Positions 19,453-25,668 of a stretch of DNA of 25,668 nucleotides are shown here, piece after piece. Position numbers and translations under genes: made by a program. How positions within the stretch are numbered: position 1 is the first letter of the stretch; each line of letters begins with the position of its first letter. The notes beneath the pieces were generated by a model, which was not told where the DNA came from, searched no databases, and worked only from the letters and a program-made list of their open reading frames with translations. Source of the DNA: Atribacterota bacterium (GTDB lineage: Bacteria; Atribacterota; Phoenicimicrobiia; Phoenicimicrobiales; Phoenicimicrobiaceae); the NCBI GenBank assembly GCA_049676265.1, contig JBAUBA010000027.1, positions 1-25,668 of the forward strand, read 5' to 3'.

Positions 19453-19503
19453 TATTCTAATAACGATATATATTGTGTAGTTTAATTAGAGAAGGGTTTA
19501 TTT

Positions 19504-20559
19504 ATGTTTAAACACTTTACCGCAGATACTAATAATCAAGAAGAATATGCTTTTGCTAATGGAAGAATAAAGAAGTTAGAAAAAGAATTATTAAATAATG
19601 AAATATTAGATAGAATGATAAAATCAAGTGATATCACTTCTGCTATAAAAATATTAACGGAAAGTGATTTAAATGATTATTCTTTTGATCTTAATAATCC
19701 TTCAAATTTTGAGATTTCATTAAATCAAGAATTATTACATACTTATGACATAATAAAAAGCATCTCTTTAGTTTCTACTTTTAATTTTCTTTATTTTACC
19801 TTTGCCTCCAAGTATGATTTTCATAATATCAAGATACTTATAAAATCGAAATATCTAAAAAAAGAATTTTCTAATGAATTGATTTCACCAATTAGTACTA
19901 TAGATGTAGGAAAACTCAATTCAGCGATTAAAGACGAAAAATATGAAGATATTCCCGATTCTTTTGAATTTCTAATTAAAAAAACATTTTCCGAGTATAG
20001 TAAATATAAAGACCCGGAGATAATAGATTTTGTTTTAGATAAAGAAAGATACATAATGATATTCAATAAAATTAGAGAAGTAGAAATAATTGAAGTAGAA
20101 GAACTTTTTTTAAAAAGATTTATTAAAATAAATATAGATCTTAATAATATAATTAATTGCGTCAGAGCAAAGATAAGAGGGGAGAAAAAAGCTTTTACCA
20201 AAGAGTTCTTGATTCCCGAAGGTGATTTTAAAACGGAAAACTTAATAGAAATATACGATTCTCCTTTATCTTCCTGGTGTGAAAAACTTGTATATACCGA
20301 TTATAAAGATACAATAGAACTGGGCATAAATTATTTTCAAAAGAATAATTCCTTAATGGAATTAGAAAAATTAAGAGATAATTTTATCCTAAATTTTTCA
20401 AAGATAGGAAAATACGTTACCTTTGGGATTGAACCGTTAGTAGGATTCATTACCGCCAAAGAGAACGACATAAAAAATATTAGAATAATATTATCAGGCA
20501 AGTTAAATAAATTATCTCCTGATAAAATTAAAGAAAGAGTACGTGATACTTATGTCTAA
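19504..20559 (+). CDS. ntpC: V/A-type ATPase subunit C (d)
   Basis: YAFANGRIKKLEKELL, YDFHNIK, FGIEPLVGFITAKENDIKNIRIILSGK, IKERVR. Confidence 0.94.
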   Translation: MFKHFTADTNNQEEYAFANGRIKKLEKELLNNEILDRMIKSSDITSAIKILTESDLNDYSFDLNNPSNFEISLNQELLHTYDIIKSISLVSTFNFLYFTFASKYDFHNIKILIKSKYLKKEFSNELISPISTIDVGKLNSAIKDEKYEDIPDSFEFLIKKTFSEYSKYKDPEIIDFVLDKERYIMIFNKIREVEIIEVEELFLKRFIKINIDLNNIINCVRAKIRGEKKAFTKEFLIPEGDFKTENLIEIYDSPLSSWCEKLVYTDYKDTIELGINYFQKNNSLMELEKLRDNFILNFSKIGKYVTFGIEPLVGFITAKENDIKNIRIILSGKLNKLSPDKIKERVRDTYV

Positions 20560-20878
20560 AATTGCTTTAATGGGAAATAGAGAAACGATAATAGGTTTTA
20601 AATTGCTGGGTGTTTCTATATTTCCCGTAAAGAAAAAGGAAGAATCTGTAGAAATATTAAATAAATTAATAAAAGAAGAATATGCGGTGATATTTATAAC
20701 CGAAGAAATAGGCTGTCAAATAATTGAAGAAATAGAAATACTACAAAAAACATCTTTTACAAGCATAACCATAATACCCAGTAAATCGGAAAAGAATTAT
20801 TTGGGATTAAAGATATTAAGAAAGAATATTGAAAAAGCTATAGGAACAGATATATTATTTAGAAAAGAGGTAGAATAA
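20552..20878 (+). CDS. ntpG: V/A-type ATPase subunit F (NtpG in E. hirae nomenclature)
   Basis: MSKIALMGNRETIIGFKLLG, IFITE, IEKAIGTDI. ATG 20552 preferred to the track's GTG 20543. Confidence 0.93.
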   Translation: MSKIALMGNRETIIGFKLLGVSIFPVKKKEESVEILNKLIKEEYAVIFITEEIGCQIIEEIEILQKTSFTSITIIPSKSEKNYLGLKILRKNIEKAIGTDILFRKEVE

Positions 20879-22632
20879 TGGAAACAGCGAAAATAACTAA
20901 AGTTGCCGGACCGGTAGTAGTAGCTAAAGGATTAAAAAATGCCAAAATGTACGATGTAGTAAAAGTCAGCAATCGCAAGTTGATTGGTGAAATAATTGAA
21001 CTAAATAAAGATTTGGCAACTATACAGGTTTACGAGGAAACTTCAGGAGTTGGCCCCGGAGAACCTGTTTTTTCTACTGATATGCCCCTATGCGTGGAAT
21101 TAGGCCCCGGTCTTATCTCATCCATTTATGATGGTATTCAAAGACCTCTGGATGTATTAAAAGCAAGCAGCGGAGAATTTATTACTAGAGGAGCAGAAGC
21201 GGATGCTGTTGATAGAAAAAAGAAATGGGATTTTGAGCCAATTTTAAAAAAGGGAGATAAAGTAATATCCGGCGATATTATAGGCACTGTCCAGGAAAGT
21301 AGTATTGTTAAACATAAAATTATGGTTCCTTACGGAATTCAAGGTGAAATTAAAGAAATATATAAAGATAAATTTACGGTTACAAATACTATTGCCCTAA
21401 TAGAAGACCGGGAAGGTTCGATTCACGAGATTAAAATGTTGCAAAAATGGCCAGTAAGGGGATCAAGGTCCTACAAGAAAAAATTGCCTCCTTTTGAACC
21501 GTTAATTACCGGACAAAGGGTAATTGATATGTTTTTTCCCATAACTAAAGGGGGAACTGCCTGTATACCAGGTCCTTTCGGTAGTGGAAAGACCGTAGTA
21601 CAACATCAGATATCCAAATGGTGCGATGCAGAAATTATTCTCTTTATCGGATGTGGCGAAAGAGGCAATGAAATGACCGATGTTTTGCTTGAATTTCCGG
21701 AATTAATCGATCCTAATTCCGGAAAACCATTAATGGAAAGAACTATCTTGATTGCCAATACTTCAAATATGCCGGTAGCCGCCCGTGAGGCCTCTGTATA
21801 TACTGGTATAACTATTGCGGAATATTATCGAGATATGGGATATAATGTTGCGCTTATTGCTGATTCAACTTCTCGTTGGGCGGAAGCAATGCGTGAAATA
21901 TCAGGCCGGTTAGAAGAAATGCCGGGAGAAGAAGGATTTCCTGCTTATTTAGGTACCAGAATTGCAAGTTTTTACGAAAGGTCAGGAAGAGTAAAATGTC
22001 TGGGTAGTGATGATAGAGAAGCAACATTAACTATTGTCGGTGCGGTATCTCCACCGGGAGGAGATTTGTCCGAACCGGTTACCCAAAACACTTTACGTAC
22101 TGTTCAAGTTTTCTGGAGCTTACAAGATAAGTTAGCTTACAAAAGGCATTTTCCCGCAATAGATTGGTTAACCAGTTATTCTCTTTACCTATCCGGACTA
22201 TCTGAATATTATAAAAAAGAGATCGGTGAAGAATATATGGAGGTACGTGATAAATCTATGGCATTACTCCAGGAAGAAGCAGAGTTAGAGGAGATTGTAA
22301 GATTGGTAGGTATTGATGCCTTATCAACTCATGAGAAGCTAATATTAGAAACGGCAAGATCTATCAGGGAGGATTTCCTGCTTCAAAATGCCTTTGACAT
22401 AACTGATTCCTATAGTTCTATAAAAAAGCAATTTCTTATTTTAAGATTAATTATAATGTTTCACGAAAATGCTGAAAAAGTAATTAAAAATGGTGTGACT
22501 ATTGAAAAATTATATGCTTTACCAGTCAAGGCAAAAATAATTAGAGCTAAACTTATAGAAGAAAAGAACCTAAAAGTATTTAGTGAAATTGAAAAAGAAA
22601 TAGTATCCCAAATTTGTTCAACAACCGATTAA
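20878..22632 (+). CDS. ntpA: V/A-type ATPase catalytic subunit A
   Basis: GPFGSGKT P-loop, [31 protein letters not shown]; no intein. Confidence 0.99.
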   Translation: METAKITKVAGPVVVAKGLKNAKMYDVVKVSNRKLIGEIIELNKDLATIQVYEETSGVGPGEPVFSTDMPLCVELGPGLISSIYDGIQRPLDVLKASSGEFITRGAEADAVDRKKKWDFEPILKKGDKVISGDIIGTVQESSIVKHKIMVPYGIQGEIKEIYKDKFTVTNTIALIEDREGSIHEIKMLQKWPVRGSRSYKKKLPPFEPLITGQRVIDMFFPITKGGTACIPGPFGSGKTVVQHQISKWCDAEIILFIGCGERGNEMTDVLLEFPELIDPNSGKPLMERTILIANTSNMPVAAREASVYTGITIAEYYRDMGYNVALIADSTSRWAEAMREISGRLEEMPGEEGFPAYLGTRIASFYERSGRVKCLGSDDREATLTIVGAVSPPGGDLSEPVTQNTLRTVQVFWSLQDKLAYKRHFPAIDWLTSYSLYLSGLSEYYKKEIGEEYMEVRDKSMALLQEEAELEEIVRLVGIDALSTHEKLILETARSIREDFLLQNAFDITDSYSSIKKQFLILRLIIMFHENAEKVIKNGVTIEKLYALPVKAKIIRAKLIEEKNLKVFSEIEKEIVSQICSTTD

Positions 22633-22656
22633 AGGGAAGGAGATAATATAGCAAAA

Positions 22657-24069
22657 ATGATTAAAGAATATTTAACTCTATCAGAAGTAGCCGGGCCCTT
22701 AATAATAGTAGAAAAAACAATCGATGTAAAATATCAGGAATTAGTTGAAATAGAACTATCTTCCGGAGAAATAAGAAGAGGGCAAGTGCTTGAAATAACT
22801 GAAGACAAGGCAGTTGTCCAGGTATTTGAGGGGACAACAGGAATTGATATTTCAAATACTAAGGTTCGTTTTTTAGGAAAGGTAATAGAGTTACCTCTCT
22901 CTATGGATGTGTTGGGAAGAATATTTGATGGTTCAGGAAGACCTATAGACGATGGTCCTCAAATTATTGCAGAAAAAAAATTAGATATAAATGGAAATCC
23001 ACTTAATCCTTATGCTCGAGATTATCCTAACGATTTTATACAAACCGGTATTTCATCCATTGATGTGTTAAATACTTTGGTCAGGGGACAAAAGCTGCCC
23101 ATCTTTTCCGGTTCAGGATTACCCCATGCAAGACTTGCTTCCCAAATCGCACGACAGGCAAAAGTATTAGGAAAAGAGGAGAAATTTGCCGTTGTATTTG
23201 CCGCTATGGGGATTACTTTTGAAGAAGCAAATTTTTTTATAAGTGATTTCAGAAGAACCGGAGCGATAGAAAAAAGTGTTATGTTTATTAATTTAGCAAA
23301 TAATCCGGCAGTAGAAAGAATTATAACTCCTCGAATGGCTCTAACCTGCGCAGAGTATTTGGCATTTGAAAAAGATATGCATGTATTGGTAATACTTACT
23401 GATATGACTAATTATTGTGAAGCTTTAAGAGAAGTTTCTGCAGCTCGAAAAGAAGTTCCCGGCAGACGTGGTTATCCCGGTTATTTATACACAGATTTAG
23501 CTACTCTATACGAGAGAGCCGGAAGAATAAAAGATAAAAAAGGCTCAATAACTATGATACCGATATTAACCATGCCAGAAGATGATAAAACCCATCCCAT
23601 ACCAGATTTAACCGGTTATATTACAGAAGGGCAGATTATTTTATCAAGAGAATTGCACCATAAAGGGATTTATCCTCCTATTAACGTATTACCTTCTTTA
23701 TCTCGTTTGAAGGATAAAGGAATTGGGTTAAATAAGACGCGCGAAGATCATGCAAATGTTATGAATCAACTTTTTGCTTCCTATGCAAGAGGTAAGGAAG
23801 CTAAAGAGTTAGCTGTCATTTTGGGAGATGCTGCCTTAACAGAGATAGACAAAAAATACGTTAAACTCTCAGATGAATTTGAGGAATATTTTGTTAAGCA
23901 GGGAGAAGATGAAAATAGAACTATTGAAGAAAGTTTAAATATTGGATGGAAACTATTAACAATTATTCCGAAAGTAGAATTAAAAAGAATAAAAGATGAA
24001 TTTATAGAAAAATATTTACCAACGGATATAACCACGGAGGATAAAAATATCGATGCTGTTAAATGTTAA
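22657..24069 (+). CDS. ntpB: V/A-type ATPase subunit B
   Basis: [45 protein letters not shown]. Confidence 0.99.
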   Translation: MIKEYLTLSEVAGPLIIVEKTIDVKYQELVEIELSSGEIRRGQVLEITEDKAVVQVFEGTTGIDISNTKVRFLGKVIELPLSMDVLGRIFDGSGRPIDDGPQIIAEKKLDINGNPLNPYARDYPNDFIQTGISSIDVLNTLVRGQKLPIFSGSGLPHARLASQIARQAKVLGKEEKFAVVFAAMGITFEEANFFISDFRRTGAIEKSVMFINLANNPAVERIITPRMALTCAEYLAFEKDMHVLVILTDMTNYCEALREVSAARKEVPGRRGYPGYLYTDLATLYERAGRIKDKKGSITMIPILTMPEDDKTHPIPDLTGYITEGQIILSRELHHKGIYPPINVLPSLSRLKDKGIGLNKTREDHANVMNQLFASYARGKEAKELAVILGDAALTEIDKKYVKLSDEFEEYFVKQGEDENRTIEESLNIGWKLLTIIPKVELKRIKDEFIEKYLPTDITTEDKNIDAVKC

Positions 24070-24670
24070 TCCAAATCGAATGGAGTTAATAAGATTAAAA
24101 AAGAGATTAATTGTCGCCAAGCGGGGATATAAACTCTTAAAAGATAAGAGAGATGCACTAATTCAAGTATTTGTTCGTTTAGCAAAAGAAAGTAACATGG
24201 CCAGGGAGGAATTAGAAGAAAAGCTTCTGAAATGTTATGCTATTTTTTCTAACACCTCATCTTTAATGAGCAAGTTGGCTTTAGAAGAAACCCTAATGTT
24301 TCCTAAGGCAAAAGGTAAGGCAGAAGTTTCTTTCAAGAACGTAATGAGCGTAAATGTTCCCCAATACAAACTCAAATGCGAAGGAAGATATTATTCTTAT
24401 GGGCTGGTTGATACCACTGCCGAGTTGGACAGTGCTTTAAAAAAATATCATGAAATATTGCCTTTAATGTTAAGAGTAGCCGAATTAGACAAATCAATAA
24501 CTCTTTTAGCCAATGAGATTGAAAAAACCAGGCGAAGGGTTAATGCATTAGAATATGTAATAATTCCGGATTTGGAAGAAACAATAAAATTTATTACTAT
24601 GAAATTAGACGAAATGGCCAGATCAAACACTTCGGCAATTATGAGAATTAAGGAAATTATAAGAGCATAA
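24053..24670 (+). CDS. ntpD: V/A-type ATPase subunit D
   Basis: [34 protein letters not shown]. Confidence 0.98.
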   Translation: MLLNVNPNRMELIRLKKRLIVAKRGYKLLKDKRDALIQVFVRLAKESNMAREELEEKLLKCYAIFSNTSSLMSKLALEETLMFPKAKGKAEVSFKNVMSVNVPQYKLKCEGRYYSYGLVDTTAELDSALKKYHEILPLMLRVAELDKSITLLANEIEKTRRRVNALEYVIIPDLEETIKFITMKLDEMARSNTSAIMRIKEIIRA

Positions 24671-24707
24671 AAAACGGCGTAAATTATTAATACACCGTTT
24701 TTTATTT
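24667..24707 (+). terminator. Intrinsic (potentially bidirectional) terminator of the ATPase operon
   Basis: ATAAAAAACGGCGTA-loop-TACACCGTTTTTTAT, a 15-bp inverted repeat with one mismatch, immediately after the ntpD stop. Confidence 0.8.
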
Positions 24708-24721
24708 ATATCAAATTATTC

Positions 24722-24777
24722 TGTCATTACGAGGAGTGAAGTAAGCCTGCCCCAGCGAAAGCAGGGGAAGCAATCCC
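24722..24777 (+). repeat. REP-like GC-rich palindromic element with nested mini-hairpin
   Basis: TGTCATTACGAGGAGTGAAGTAA...GAAGCAATCCC flanks CCTGCCCCAGC-GAAA-GCAGGG. Single copy in the window; family assignment is from recalled resemblance only. Confidence 0.55.
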
Positions 24778-24845
24778 AAGTCATTGTAAATTTATTAAAA
24801 AAACGCTCTATTAAATCTAGTAAATTTATTTTAAAGGGATGATTA

Positions 24846-25580
24846 ATGAAGATTGGAATACTTTCTGATATTCATAGTAATTCTGAAGCAATAAATAGTG
24901 TTTTAAAAAACATTGAAAAGGTTGATGAATTTATTTGTTTGGGAGATATTGTCGGTTATGGTGCTGAGCCCAATTATTGCATTGAAAAGGTAAAAGATTT
25001 AAACTGTAAATGTGTTGGAGGAAACCACGATTTTGCAGTTGTGGGAAAAGTAAATATAAATTATTTTAATTACGCTGCGAGGGCTGCAATATTATGGACT
25101 TCTCGCCAATTAAAAAAAGATAACATTAATTTTCTATTAAGCCTGAACAAAAAGATTGATCTTAAAAATAAAGTCTTTGCAGTTCATGGCAGTCCTCAAG
25201 ACCCAATATTAGAATACATTTTAGATAAAAATACCGCAAGTTTAATCTTCAATAAATTTAATTTTAAAATATGTTTTGTAGGTCATTCCCATTTAGCAGG
25301 ATGTTTTTCTCTTGATGAAAATAATAATCAAATAGATTATATAAATTATAGAAATGGCGGGCGTATTGAAATTAGCAAGAATAAAAGGTATATTATTAAT
25401 TGTGGGAGTGTTGGTCAACCTCGTGACGGTAATCCAAAGGCAAGCTATGGAATGTATGACCTGAAATACGGAATTGTTAATATTTTTCGCGTTTCCTACC
25501 CGATTCATCTAACCCAAGATAAAATAATTTATGCCGGATTACCCAAAAGTTTAGCTGATAGGCTAAGTTATGGTAGATAG
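24846..25580 (+). CDS. Calcineurin-like metallophosphoesterase (YfcE/MJ0936-like)
   Basis: [38 protein letters not shown]. Confidence 0.93.
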   Translation: MKIGILSDIHSNSEAINSVLKNIEKVDEFICLGDIVGYGAEPNYCIEKVKDLNCKCVGGNHDFAVVGKVNINYFNYAARAAILWTSRQLKKDNINFLLSLNKKIDLKNKVFAVHGSPQDPILEYILDKNTASLIFNKFNFKICFVGHSHLAGCFSLDENNNQIDYINYRNGGRIEISKNKRYIINCGSVGQPRDGNPKASYGMYDLKYGIVNIFRVSYPIHLTQDKIIYAGLPKSLADRLSYGR

Positions 25581-25589
25581 ATTATATGT

Positions 25590-25666
25590 GTGCCCGTGGC
25601 TCAATTGGATAGAGCGGCGGCCTCCGGAGCCGTAGATTGGAGGTTCAAGTCCTCTCGGGCACACCA
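25590..25666 (+). tRNA. tRNA-Arg (anticodon CCG)
   Basis: Acceptor GTGCCCG/CGGGCAC, D-stem GCTC/GAGC, anticodon arm GCGGC-CTCCGGA-GCCGT (CCG at 25624-25626), T arm GGAGG-TTCAAGT-CCTCT, encoded CCA. Confidence 0.97.
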
Positions 25667-25668
25667 TT

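Noticed and set aside
20878..24069. Intein in ATPase A or B subunit
   Set aside because: Lengths (584 and 470 aa) are canonical and the motifs are contiguous.
25590..25668. tRNA-Arg 3' end as an integration site
   Set aside because: The window ends 2 nt after CCA and I found no duplicate of the tRNA 3' end inside it, so this cannot be assessed.

Overview
AT-rich (roughly 30% GC by eye) bacterial chromosomal window of core genes, all on the + strand: plsY (5'-truncated), a DUF362/2x[4Fe-4S] protein, topA-xerC-hslV-hslU, rpsB-tsf-pyrH-frr, a 56-aa 2[4Fe-4S] ferredoxin missing from the ORF track, uppS-cdsA-dxr-rseP-ispG, a complete V/A-type ATPase operon (G/H-I-K-E-C-F-A-B-D) with a Na+-binding K subunit, a metallophosphoesterase and tRNA-Arg(CCG). 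The gene order is Firmicutes-like but lacks codY, trmFO and dprA, which fits a deep-branching anaerobe (Atribacterota/JS1 is a tentative guess). The gene list does not explain six intergenic spacers (plsY/DUF362, hslU/rpsB, tsf/pyrH, dxr/rseP, ntpI/ntpK, ntpE/ntpC). They are mosaics of shared modules built from several degenerate 7-nt (and one 8-nt) tandem repeats. The two best-defined motifs show strict polarity: one orientation near the upstream stop codon and the reverse complement near the downstream gene start. This suggests a non-autonomous, self-complementary operon-insertion element family. Other points of note: a nested REP-like element, a CdsA with a degenerate signature motif, and leader hairpins at rpsB and the ATPase operon.
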